From Prevotella sp. (GTDB lineage Bacteria; Bacteroidota; Bacteroidia; Bacteroidales; Bacteroidaceae), in contig JAGCPV010000041.1 of NCBI GenBank assembly GCA_017965475.1, positions 48,620 to 112,619 of the forward strand: DNA of 64,000 bases. Direction: 5' to 3'. Positions 10,901-19,671 of this stretch are shown in pieces. The position numbers and the translations under genes are program-made. A model generated the notes under the pieces. It ran no database searches. It was given only the letters and a program-made list of their open reading frames with translations, and was not told the DNA's origin. How positions within the stretch are numbered: position 1 is the first letter of the stretch; the number at the start of each line of letters is the position of its first letter.

Positions 10901-11512
10901 CCTCGCAATATATTTCCCGAGGATATCGAATTCGATATTCACCACCGTTCCTATTTTGATATCGCAGAAGTTCGTATGTTCGAACGTGTAGGGGATGATG
11001 GCCACCTGGAAGGTGTTGCTCGTCGGATTGCAGACCGTCAGCGAGACACCATTGACGGTGACAGAGCCCTTATCCACCGTGAAGTAGCCCTTCTTGGCCA
11101 TTGCCCTGTTCTCTGGATATTCGAAGGTGAAATAAGTAGAACCGTCGGCATCTACTTTCGCGATGCACTTCGCCGTCTCATCGACATGCCCCTGAACGAT
11201 ATGGCCGTCGAGCCGTCCGTTCATCAGCATCGAACGCTCCACATTGACCTTGTCACCCACCTGCAGCAGTCCGAGGTTCGTTCGGTCGAGCGTCTCCTTC
11301 ATGGCGGTGACGGTATATGTTCCAATATTGCCGGGGGTATCCGGATCCTCCGGAATGATCTTGACCACCGTCAGACACACACCATTATGCGCCACACTCT
11401 GGTCGATCTTCAGTTCATCGACAAATGAGCACGTCAACGTAAAATCAATATTCTCGCGGTCTTTCTTGATCGCTACGACGGTAGCAAACTCCTCTATGAT
11501 TCCAGAAAACAT
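10886..11512 (-). CDS. ribE: riboflavin synthase
   Basis: Canonical MFSGII N-terminus; NGVCLTV, GHIVQGHVD, NGVSLTV, VNIEFD motifs. Confidence 0.95.
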   Translation of the reverse strand: MFSGIIEEFATVVAIKKDRENIDFTLTCSFVDELKIDQSVAHNGVCLTVVKIIPEDPDTPGNIGTYTVTAMKETLDRTNLGLLQVGDKVNVERSMLMNGRLDGHIVQGHVDETAKCIAKVDADGSTYFTFEYPENRAMAKKGYFTVDKGSVTVNGVSLTVCNPTSNTFQVAIIPYTFEHTNFCDIKIGTVVNIEFDILGKYIARLQQL

Positions 11513-11537
11513 ATCTATCAACTATTAACTATACACT

Positions 11538-11735
11538 AAAAAAACGGGATTCGTGCCGATGATTTGGTGAAAACTCCTGTTTCACACGATTTGGGTGCTC
11601 CCTGCTGTTGTAATCCACCGGCATTGCTGCTCTCCCCGAGGGGGATGACTGTGGCCCGCCATTGGCAAGGGAAACGGTCCCGATGATTAAATTATAATGT
11701 AGAGTATCCCGATCTATGCGGCACGACCCGTATTT
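11538..11735 (-). ncRNA. 6S-like (SsrS / Bacteroidales-1-type) non-coding RNA
   Basis: TATATTTG promoter at 11741-11748. 5' CGGGUCGUGCCG pairs with 3' CGGCACGAAUCCCG, followed by U7. About 195-nt rod with a central A/U-rich bubble. Confidence 0.65.
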
Positions 11736-11740
11736 GAGTG

Positions 11741-11800
11741 CAAATATACGGATTTTCTTTGAATTATCCAAGTTATTATGGGAAATTTTTCATATCTTTG
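11741..11800. promoter_or_regulatory. divergent promoters (ncRNA-ribE / wecB-like)
   Basis: TATATTTG (- strand, 11741-11748) and TATCTTTG (+ strand, 11793-11800). Confidence 0.75.
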
Positions 11801-11818
11801 CACAAAAATTATTGAATT

Positions 11819-12883
11819 ATGGCAAAGAACATCTGTATCATCGCGGGTGCAAGACCCAATTTCGTGAAAGTGTCTCCCTTGGTTCGTGCGATAGGGAACA
11901 GGCAGGATGCCCAGTGTCTGCTGGTGTATGCAGGACGCGAGGATGATCCCACGCTCGAAGACTCGCTCTTCGATGATCTGCAGATGCCGCGACCGCAGTA
12001 TTATCTGGGGGTTGACAGCACCAGCCTCAACGAGATCACCAGTCGTGTGATGGCGGCTTTCGACTGTTTCCTCGATGAGCATCCCGTCGATGTGGTGATC
12101 GTGGTGGATGATCTGGCCTCGACGATGGCTGCGGCGATTGTCACGAAGAAACGGGGTATCCGTCTGGCACATCTCGTGGCAGGCACGCGATCCTTTGATA
12201 TCAACATGCCGAAGGAGATCAACCGTCTCGTCATCGATGCCCTCAGCGACTACCTCTTCACCGCTGGCGTACGCTCCACAGGTGTCGCTACACGTGAGCA
12301 GTCGGAGCAGTCGCAGACCTATATGGTGGGCAATATCCTGATGGACACCCTGCGCTTCAACTATAACCGTCTGCGGAAACCCGCCTCACTGCCTGATCTG
12401 AAGGAGGGTGAGTATCTTGTCTTCACGTTGAACCGCAAGGCGCTCATCGCCGATACCGAGAATCTTTCTAAGATGCTTCAGGCCATGACGGAAGCCGCTG
12501 GTCCTGTGCCCATCATCGCCCCTTTGCGGGGTCTGGCTTGTGATACGATCCATGATCTGAATGTCAGTATTCAAATCATTGATCCTTTAAGCTATCTGGA
12601 GTTTGGTTGGCTGACGGCGCATGCCAAGGGTATCATCACCGACTCGGGCAACGTCTCCGAGGAGGCCACGTTCAATGGTGTGCCCTGTATTACGCTTAAC
12701 AACTATACGGAGCATCAGGAGACCGTCAGTGTAGGCTCGAATGTCCTCGTGGGCGAAGATCCCATGAAGCTCCGCGATGCCCTTTCCCAACTCCTCTCAG
12801 GCAACTGGAAGAAATGCGCCCTGCCTGACCGTTGGGACGGTCGCACGGCAGAGCGCATTCTTCAGATTCTGCTTAGTGTGTAG
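11819..12883 (+). CDS. UDP-N-acetylglucosamine 2-epimerase family protein (divergent active site)
   Basis: GARPNFVK, AGTRS, PKEINR, VGNIL.D, TDSGNVSEEA motifs. Confidence 0.85.
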   Translation: MAKNICIIAGARPNFVKVSPLVRAIGNRQDAQCLLVYAGREDDPTLEDSLFDDLQMPRPQYYLGVDSTSLNEITSRVMAAFDCFLDEHPVDVVIVVDDLASTMAAAIVTKKRGIRLAHLVAGTRSFDINMPKEINRLVIDALSDYLFTAGVRSTGVATREQSEQSQTYMVGNILMDTLRFNYNRLRKPASLPDLKEGEYLVFTLNRKALIADTENLSKMLQAMTEAAGPVPIIAPLRGLACDTIHDLNVSIQIIDPLSYLEFGWLTAHAKGIITDSGNVSEEATFNGVPCITLNNYTEHQETVSVGSNVLVGEDPMKLRDALSQLLSGNWKKCALPDRWDGRTAERILQILLSV

Positions 12884-12890
12884 TTATCCA

Positions 12891-13433
12891 CTAATAATTC
12901 TCAGCCTTCACCTGAAAGTATGCCTGCGGATGGTTGCAGACGGGGCACTCCTCGGGTGCCTTCTTGCCGATGACGATATGTCCGCAGTTTGAACACTGCC
13001 AGATCACGTCATTGTCCTTTGAGAACACCCGCTCCTTGTTGATGTTGTCGAGCAACTTACGATAGCGGGCCTCGTGCTCCTTCTCGATCTTGCCCACGGC
13101 CTCGAACTTCTCGGCGATCTCGTCGAAGCCCTCCTCGCGGGCCTCCTGAGCCATACGGGCATACATGTCCGTCCACTCGAAGTTCTCGCCGTTGGCGGCA
13201 GCCTCCAGATTCTCAGGCGTACTCTTGATGGCACCACCCTCCAGGAGTTTGAACCACATCTTGGCGTGCTCCTTCTCGTTGGCGGCCGTCTCCTCGAAGA
13301 TGGCGGCTATCTGTACATATCCGTCCTTCTTGGCCTTCGAGGCCCAGTAGGTGTATTTGTTACGTGCCTGCGACTCACCAGCGAAGGCTTCCTGCAGGTT
13401 CTTCTCAGTCTTTGTTCCCTTTAGTTCTTTCAT
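12891..13433 (-). CDS. rbr: rubrerythrin
   Basis: [12 protein letters not shown] and EKEHE diiron motifs; C-terminal CSNCGH...CPVC rubredoxin domain. Confidence 0.95.
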   Translation of the reverse strand: MKELKGTKTEKNLQEAFAGESQARNKYTYWASKAKKDGYVQIAAIFEETAANEKEHAKMWFKLLEGGAIKSTPENLEAAANGENFEWTDMYARMAQEAREEGFDEIAEKFEAVGKIEKEHEARYRKLLDNINKERVFSKDNDVIWQCSNCGHIVIGKKAPEECPVCNHPQAYFQVKAENY

Positions 13434-13464
13434 AATCGTATTTGTCTTTGTTTGGTTTTCAGGC

Positions 13465-14604
13465 TTATTTCTCCAGTCCCTTGCCGGACATCAGGAGCTC
13501 CACCAACGGACGGTCCTTATAGCTGTGGCGCTGCTGGTCCCAGAAACCGAAGTCGGCATCGTAGCACCAGGTCGTCCAGGCGATGTTAAACTCATCGAAC
13601 ACGGTCAGCATGTCACGGTACCAGTTGTAGGCCAGTTCACGATCCACGGGCTCATACACACCCCACTCGCCGCAGAACAGCTGCAGGTCGTACTTCTTGG
13701 CGGCCTCGATGGCATCCTTGAACTGCTCACGGATCTTGTCGATGTTCCATACTTCCTCGGTATAGGGCTTCAGATCGGCCTTGATGGCATCGGGGGCAGC
13801 ATCGTAGTCCTCCTTTGACACGAGCACACCGGGATAGTGTACTTTGCCCTTGTAGGCAGCACACAGTGGCGACCACCAGGCACCGTAGTGGGTGAGGATC
13901 ATCGGGTTGTAGTAGTGGAAGGAGAGGATGATGTTCTTGTCGCCCTCGGGCACCTTCAGGTACTTCATAGTCTCGTGACCCTGCCAACGGTTCGAGCCGA
14001 TGACGAGCGTACGCTGGGGCTCCAGTTCGCGGAGGGCCTTGTGCACCTTGGCCACCAACTGGTTCCACTGCTCGTGCTCGTCGGCCACAGGCTCGTTCAT
14101 AAACTCATAGGCCACCCAGTCGCAGCTGCGCCACTTCAGGAAGTCGGAGAGTTGGCGCCACAGGTTGAGGAGATCCTCCTGGGCTTTCTCCGAGGTAAAC
14201 AGCGTGTTGGCAGCCTGGTCACTCTCGTTGACGGCATTGAAATAGTGCGAGCGGATGATGTGCAGATCGACGATGGCACGGAGATTGTGATTCCTACTCC
14301 AGTTAAGGGCGTTGTTCAACAATTCCCACGCCTCGGGCAGCTTGTTGCTCTGCTCGTCCCAGAACTGTACCTCGTCGATGGGAAGGCGCACGAAGTCGAA
14401 GCCGAGTTCCTCCAGACGGGCGAAGTCGTCCTCCTGGATGTGCAGACGACGGGCCTCACCACGCTGCTCCGACTGCGACAGCCAGTGACTGACGTTTGTG
14501 CCGCGCTTGATGCGGAAGTTGTTGGACTTGCCGGCCTGGGCGGAGCAGACCTGCGGAATACACATGGCTATCATCAGAGCCAAAATGAATAATTTCTTTG
14601 TCAT
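13465..14604 (-). CDS. secreted glycoside hydrolase family 5
   Basis: Signal peptide; FVRLP, IVDLH, FMNEP (acid/base), SFHYY, CGEWG (nucleophile). Confidence 0.88.
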   Translation of the reverse strand: MTKKLFILALMIAMCIPQVCSAQAGKSNNFRIKRGTNVSHWLSQSEQRGEARRLHIQEDDFARLEELGFDFVRLPIDEVQFWDEQSNKLPEAWELLNNALNWSRNHNLRAIVDLHIIRSHYFNAVNESDQAANTLFTSEKAQEDLLNLWRQLSDFLKWRSCDWVAYEFMNEPVADEHEQWNQLVAKVHKALRELEPQRTLVIGSNRWQGHETMKYLKVPEGDKNIILSFHYYNPMILTHYGAWWSPLCAAYKGKVHYPGVLVSKEDYDAAPDAIKADLKPYTEEVWNIDKIREQFKDAIEAAKKYDLQLFCGEWGVYEPVDRELAYNWYRDMLTVFDEFNIAWTTWCYDADFGFWDQQRHSYKDRPLVELLMSGKGLEK

Positions 14605-14646
14605 ACCTTGTTAATATTTAGTTATACGTTCAATCGTTATTGGTTG

Positions 14647-14749
14647 CAAAGATACAAAAACTATTCCATATTACCAAATGAATATCGCAAAAAAAATACA
14701 AAATAATCTGTTATAAACTTGTGTATATCAGAAGGATTGTGTAAATTTG
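14647..14749. promoter_or_regulatory. divergent promoters (GH5 / OmpA)
   Basis: TATCTTTG (- strand, 14647-14654) and TAAATTTG (+ strand, 14742-14749). Confidence 0.7.
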
Positions 14750-14789
14750 CCCCCAAGTATTGTTTAATCATTAAAACCGAAACTAAAAA

Positions 14790-16079
14790 ATGACTAAGAA
14801 ACTGATTTTGATGCTCATCGTGGCATTCGCCTGCACGCTGAGTGTAGGTGCTCAGGGTTGGCTGGGTAGGTTGAAGGACCGTGCTGAGGATGCCGCCAAA
14901 CGTACTGTAGAGTATAATGTGGAGCGTAAGACGGAGAAAGCCGTCGATGATGCCATGAACCCCGATACGGACAGGAAGTCCAAGAAATCGAAGTCGGACA
15001 ACGATGAGGCCGACGTTGATGAGGCTGAAAATGGTGATGATGCTGATCCCACAGCCGCTACCTCTAGCGACTTCAAGCGTGGAGAGGTGATACTCTTCCA
15101 GGATGATTTCACAGCCGAGACCGTAGGCGAGTTCCCTTCGAAGTGGGATCTGCTGGATGGTAATGCTGAGGTGAAGACCCTCGGTGGTGTGAAGGCTGTC
15201 GAGGTGACCAACAATGGTGTTATTACACCGTTGATTAAGGAAAAAGGTGCCTATCTGCCAGAAGAATTCACAATCGAATATGAGTTCTACTACTGGACTG
15301 GTGGGAAGGATGATATTGGTTTGAATGATATGAAAATTACGCTTGCCAGCACTACAGACCGTTCACAATGGGCTGGTTATTATGGTGATGGAGTTGCATT
15401 TTGTTTAGTACATGGAGTATATGATACTGAGTCTCATCATTATTCATATAATAACGGAAACGGAAACGAAACCAAAGATACACACTTTGAGTATAAATTC
15501 AAGAAAGGTTGGAACAAAGTAGCCATTTCATTCAATAAGCGTGCGTTGAAAGTCTATTTGAATGGTAAGCGTGTTGTAAATCTGCCAAAAGTTCTGCAAC
15601 CAACATGGATGTCTTTCCAAGTACCTTTCGATTATGAGAATATGACCTTCATTCGCAATGTGGTCATTGCCAAGGGTGCCGTTGCCCTCTACGACCGCGA
15701 TGCTCAGTCAATGACCGCTGTTGAGAAGGCTATTGCCGAGACGGGTAAGTTCGTGACAAATAACATCCTCTTCGAGACGGGCAAGGCTACGTTGAAGCCC
15801 GAGTCGATGGCCGAGATCCAGAAGGTGGCCGACTATATGAAGAAGAACCCGAGCGTACGTTTCGAGGTGCAGGGCCATACCGACAACCAGGGCTCCGATG
15901 CCGTGAACGACCCGCTGTCGCAGCAGCGAGCAGAAGCTGTGGTGAAGGCCCTCGAAGACCTCGGCTGTGATCCGTTCAACATGCGCGCCGTCGGTAAGGG
16001 CTCCCATGAGCCTGTCGCTGACAACAGCACCGACGAGGGCCGCGCCAAGAACCGCCGCGTGGAGTTCATCAAGAAATAA
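14790..16079 (+). CDS. OmpA family protein (C-terminal peptidoglycan-binding domain, central beta-rich domain)
   Basis: Signal peptide; ILFETGKA, QGHTDNQG, LSQQRA, NRRVEF motifs. Confidence 0.88.
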   Translation: MTKKLILMLIVAFACTLSVGAQGWLGRLKDRAEDAAKRTVEYNVERKTEKAVDDAMNPDTDRKSKKSKSDNDEADVDEAENGDDADPTAATSSDFKRGEVILFQDDFTAETVGEFPSKWDLLDGNAEVKTLGGVKAVEVTNNGVITPLIKEKGAYLPEEFTIEYEFYYWTGGKDDIGLNDMKITLASTTDRSQWAGYYGDGVAFCLVHGVYDTESHHYSYNNGNGNETKDTHFEYKFKKGWNKVAISFNKRALKVYLNGKRVVNLPKVLQPTWMSFQVPFDYENMTFIRNVVIAKGAVALYDRDAQSMTAVEKAIAETGKFVTNNILFETGKATLKPESMAEIQKVADYMKKNPSVRFEVQGHTDNQGSDAVNDPLSQQRAEAVVKALEDLGCDPFNMRAVGKGSHEPVADNSTDEGRAKNRRVEFIKK

Positions 16080-16086
16080 TTTGATT

Positions 16087-16137
16087 CTGGGGTCAGGCCC
16101 CGACATCAAAAAACTTAGTGTTGGGGCCTGACCCCAG
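16087..16137. repeat. REP-like inverted repeat / bidirectional terminator between convergent genes
   Basis: CTGGGGTCAGGCCCCGACA...TGTTGGGGCCTGACCCCAG, a 19-bp stem with one G-T pair. Confidence 0.75.
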
Positions 16138-16140
16138 CAC

Positions 16141-16213
16141 TAGTACTTTTCTGATATTAAGGACTCCTTATTGCGCGAAAAGGACTCCTTAATTATCAAA
16201 AAGGACTCCTTAT
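16141..16213. repeat. 21-bp-period array of the palindrome AAGGACTCCTT (copy 1)
   Basis: Units at 16159, 16180, 16201; about 55 bp nearly identical to 41064-41120 in inverted orientation. Confidence 0.85.
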
Positions 16214-16224
16214 TTGAGCATATC

Positions 16225-17256
16225 CTAGATGGTGATCTCACCGCGGAGGCTCTGGGACATCAGCTGGCGGATGGTGTCAGGGGCATCGGGGTAGTGGCTC
16301 TGGAGAAACATGAGTTTGGTGACGGCACTCTCCACCGTCATGTCGCGCCCGCTGATGACACCTACCTCCTGCAGATGGTAGCCGCAGTCGTAACGGCTCA
16401 TCTCGACGGCACCCTGCAGGCACTGGCTGATATTCACGATCACCTTGCCGTTGCGCGTACCTTCTTTTAAGGCATTCAGGAGCCACGGGCTCTGTGGGGC
16501 GTTGCCCGAGCCGAAGGTGCGCATGACGATGGCCTTCAGGTTGGGCGTGTGGATGATATGGCGGATGAGATCCTCGCGGATGCCAGGGAAGAGGGAGAAG
16601 ATAATCACGTTGTTGTCGAGGCGGAAGTGGGGCGTCATCAGCTTTGTCCAGTCTGGCTTCAGGATACGGTCACGGTGGTAGGTGATGTTCACCCCGGCAT
16701 CGACGAGATGGGGGAAGTTGAACGACTCGAAGGCATTAAACTCCTCGGCACTCTGTTTCGTGGTACGGTTGCCGCGCAGCAAATGACCTCCGAAGTATAT
16801 GCCCACCTCGGGTACGAGGGCATGCCCCTCCTCATCCTTCGCGGCGGCGATCTCCACGGCGGTGATGAGGTTCTCCTTGCCATCCGTACGCAACTGGCCG
16901 ATAGGCAGTTGGGAGCCCGTGAAGATGACAGGCTTCGTGAGGTTCTCCAGCATATAGGAGAGGGCAGAGGCGGTATAGGCCATCGTGTCCGTACCGTGGA
17001 GCACCACGAAACCGTCGTAGTCGTCGTAGTGATCGGCGATGCAGTGGGAGATATCCGTCCATCGGGCGGGCGTCATGTCGCTGGAGTCGATGGGGGGATT
17101 GAACTGGAAGGTGTCGATCTCCGTATCAAACTGCTTCAGTTCCGGCACATGAACGATCAGGTGCTCGAAGTCGAAAGGTTCCAGGGCACCCGTCTGCGGG
17201 TTGCGGTTCATGCCGATGGTACCGCCTGTATAGATGAGTAGGATCCTGCTGCGCAT
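16225..17256 (-). CDS. ansA: type I L-asparaginase
   Basis: IYTGGTIGM, DSSDM, HGTDTMAY, TGSQLP motifs. Confidence 0.94.
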   Translation of the reverse strand: MRSRILLIYTGGTIGMNRNPQTGALEPFDFEHLIVHVPELKQFDTEIDTFQFNPPIDSSDMTPARWTDISHCIADHYDDYDGFVVLHGTDTMAYTASALSYMLENLTKPVIFTGSQLPIGQLRTDGKENLITAVEIAAAKDEEGHALVPEVGIYFGGHLLRGNRTTKQSAEEFNAFESFNFPHLVDAGVNITYHRDRILKPDWTKLMTPHFRLDNNVIIFSLFPGIREDLIRHIIHTPNLKAIVMRTFGSGNAPQSPWLLNALKEGTRNGKVIVNISQCLQGAVEMSRYDCGYHLQEVGVISGRDMTVESAVTKLMFLQSHYPDAPDTIRQLMSQSLRGEITI

Positions 17257-17289
17257 GGGTATCAAACGTTAATGTGATTTATTTTTCTG

Positions 17290-17328
17290 CAAAGATAAGG
17301 AAAGTTTCGCAGAAAATTAGTATCTTTG
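17290..17328. promoter_or_regulatory. divergent promoters (ansA / uxaC)
   Basis: TATCTTTG on both strands (17290-17297 -, 17321-17328 +). Confidence 0.72.
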
Positions 17329-17368
17329 CGGAAAATTTGAACTTAGGAACTTAAAATTACTCAGACTT

Positions 17369-18775
17369 ATGAAACAGTTCAATGACGATAACTTCGTTCT
17401 GGAGACCCCGTTGGCCCAGGATCTGTACCACAACCATGCGGCTAAGTTGCCTATCATCGACTACCACTGTCACCTGATCCCTGAGATGGTGGCCAACGAT
17501 CACCGTTTCAAGTCGATCACGGAACTCTGGCTCGGTGGCGACCATTATAAGTGGCGCGCCATGCGTACCAACGGTGTCGAGGAGCGGTTTATCACGGGTA
17601 AGGACACCTCAGACTGGGAGAAGTTCGAGAAGTGGGCAGAGACGGTGACCTACTGTTTCCGCAACCCGCTGTACCACTGGACCCATCTGGAGCTGAAGAC
17701 GGCTTTCGGCATCACGAAGCAACTCTCTCCGAAAACGGCCCGTGAGATATTCGACGCGTGTAACGAGAAACTGCAGAAGCCCGAGTTCTCCGCCCGTGGA
17801 CTGATGAAGCACTACAACGTGGAGTGTGTCTGTACCACCGATGATCCCGTTGATGACCTGCACAACCATATCGAGTACGCCAAGCACAAGGCGCAGGAAG
17901 ATCCCATCATGCTGCCTGCCTGGCGCCCCGACAAGGCCATGAACATCGAGAAGCCCGACTTCCCCCAGTATGTGGAGAAACTGAGCGATGTCAGTGGGGT
18001 GAGCATCACGACGTTCGCCGACATGGTAGATGCCCTCCAGAAGCGTCATGACTTCTTCGCCGAGCAGGGTTCGAAACTCTCCGACCACGGTCTGGAGGAG
18101 TTCTACGACGAGCCCTATACCGACTCGCAGATCGAGACCATCTTTGCCAGGGCCATGCGCGGCCAGCAGCTCTCGCAGTTGGAGATCCGTCAGTTCAAGA
18201 ACTGTTTCCTGACAGTGATGGCCGAGATGGATGCCGATGCAGGATGGACGCAGCAGTACCACTATGGTACCATCCGCGACAACAATACGGCGATGTTCAA
18301 CCAGATAGGTGCCGATACGGGCTTCGACAGTATCGGTGAGTTCAACACCGCGAAGGCGCTGTCGCACTTCCTCGACAACCTGAACTCGAAGGGTAAGCTC
18401 ACGCGTACTATATTATATACGTTGAACCCCTGTGCCAATGAGATGATCGCCACGATGCTCGGCAACTTCCAGGGTGGTGAGCCCGGCAAGATACAGTTTG
18501 GTTCCGGCTGGTGGTTCAACGACCAGATGGACGGTATGATCAAGCAGATGAACGCCCTCTCCGTGCTGGGCCTGCTGAGCCGTTTCGTGGGTATGCTCAC
18601 CGACTCGCGCTCGTTCCTGAGCTATCCGCGTCATGAGTATTTCCGCCGCATCCTCTGCAACCTGCTGGCCAACGACGTGGAGAAGGGTCTGCTGCCCTGT
18701 GATATGGAGATCCTGACCCGTATGGTGGAGGATATCAGCTACAATAATGCCCGCAGATACTTTAAGTTCTACTAA
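17369..18775 (+). CDS. uxaC: glucuronate isomerase
   Basis: PIIDYHCHL, GDHYKWRAMR, GSGWWFND, GMLTDSRSFLSYPRHEYFRR motifs. Confidence 0.97.
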   Translation: MKQFNDDNFVLETPLAQDLYHNHAAKLPIIDYHCHLIPEMVANDHRFKSITELWLGGDHYKWRAMRTNGVEERFITGKDTSDWEKFEKWAETVTYCFRNPLYHWTHLELKTAFGITKQLSPKTAREIFDACNEKLQKPEFSARGLMKHYNVECVCTTDDPVDDLHNHIEYAKHKAQEDPIMLPAWRPDKAMNIEKPDFPQYVEKLSDVSGVSITTFADMVDALQKRHDFFAEQGSKLSDHGLEEFYDEPYTDSQIETIFARAMRGQQLSQLEIRQFKNCFLTVMAEMDADAGWTQQYHYGTIRDNNTAMFNQIGADTGFDSIGEFNTAKALSHFLDNLNSKGKLTRTILYTLNPCANEMIATMLGNFQGGEPGKIQFGSGWWFNDQMDGMIKQMNALSVLGLLSRFVGMLTDSRSFLSYPRHEYFRRILCNLLANDVEKGLLPCDMEILTRMVEDISYNNARRYFKFY

Positions 18776-19671
18776 TGAGATACAACGCAGGATATAACCA
18801 GGAGGGCGACTACGAGCACTATACCGTCTCGGAGCCGATGCCGCTGTTGGAATGGCTGATGGCTAATGTGCCACAGACGAAGACGAAGATCAAGGCGACA
18901 CTTCAGGGCCGGGGTATCAAGGTGAACAGCAAGACCGTCTCCCAGTTCGACTTCCCCCTGGAGCGCGGCATGAAGATCGCCGTGAGTAAGACGAAGCGAA
19001 ACCAACGGGGTTTCAAGAGCCGCTACGTGAAGATCGTCTATGAGGACAAGTGGCTCATCGTGGTCGAGAAAGCCGAGGGCATCCTCTCGATGGCGGCAGG
19101 ACACTCCTCGCTGAACGTGAAAACGGTGCTCGACGACTATTTCAAGAAGTCGCGCCAGAAATGTACGGCACACGTGGTACATCGTCTGGACCGTGATACC
19201 AGCGGTCTGATGGTCTATGCGAAGGATATGGAGACGGAGCAGATCCTGGAGCACAACTGGCATGACATCGTCTATGACCGTCGTTATGTGGCCGTCTGCT
19301 CTGGGGAGATGGAACAGGATGAGGGCACCATCGCCAACTGGCTGAAAGACAATAAGGCTTATGTGACCTATTCGTCGCCCACAGACAATGGGGGCAAGTA
19401 TGCAGTGACCCATTTCCATGTGTTAGACCGTACGACGGAACATTCGCTGGTGGAGTTCAAGCTGGAGACAGGCCGTAAGAACCAGATCCGCGTCCATTCG
19501 GCAGACATGGGACATCCTGTCTGTGGTGATCCGAAATATGGCAATGGCGATGATCCCTTGCATCGGCTCTGTCTGCATGCCTGGCTTCTGTGTTTCCATC
19601 ATCCCGTGACGGGGGAGCCGATGGAGTTTGAGACACCCATTCCTGTTGTGTTCAGAAAACTGTTTAAGTGA
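18775..19671 (+). CDS. RluA family pseudouridine synthase
   Basis: HRLDRDTSG, LETGRKNQIRVH, GDPKYG, LHA motifs. Confidence 0.93.
   Translation: MRYNAGYNQEGDYEHYTVSEPMPLLEWLMANVPQTKTKIKATLQGRGIKVNSKTVSQFDFPLERGMKIAVSKTKRNQRGFKSRYVKIVYEDKWLIVVEKAEGILSMAAGHSSLNVKTVLDDYFKKSRQKCTAHVVHRLDRDTSGLMVYAKDMETEQILEHNWHDIVYDRRYVAVCSGEMEQDEGTIANWLKDNKAYVTYSSPTDNGGKYAVTHFHVLDRTTEHSLVEFKLETGRKNQIRVHSADMGHPVCGDPKYGNGDDPLHRLCLHAWLLCFHHPVTGEPMEFETPIPVVFRKLFK

Noticed and set aside
11625-11655. SRP RNA (GUCA...GAGCAGC resembles helix 8)
   Set aside because: There is no CAGG and no GNRA loop in the right register. It remains only an alternative to test with cmscan.
11538-11735. FMN riboswitch upstream of ribE
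   Set aside because: It lacks the RFN conserved blocks (AGGGCAGGGTGAAATTCCC, AGTCTGGATG). The end-to-end rod fits a stand-alone ncRNA better.
16159-16211. Mini-CRISPR array
   Set aside because: 11-bp repeats with 10-bp spacers are far too short, the spacers are shared between the two copies, and no cas genes are present.
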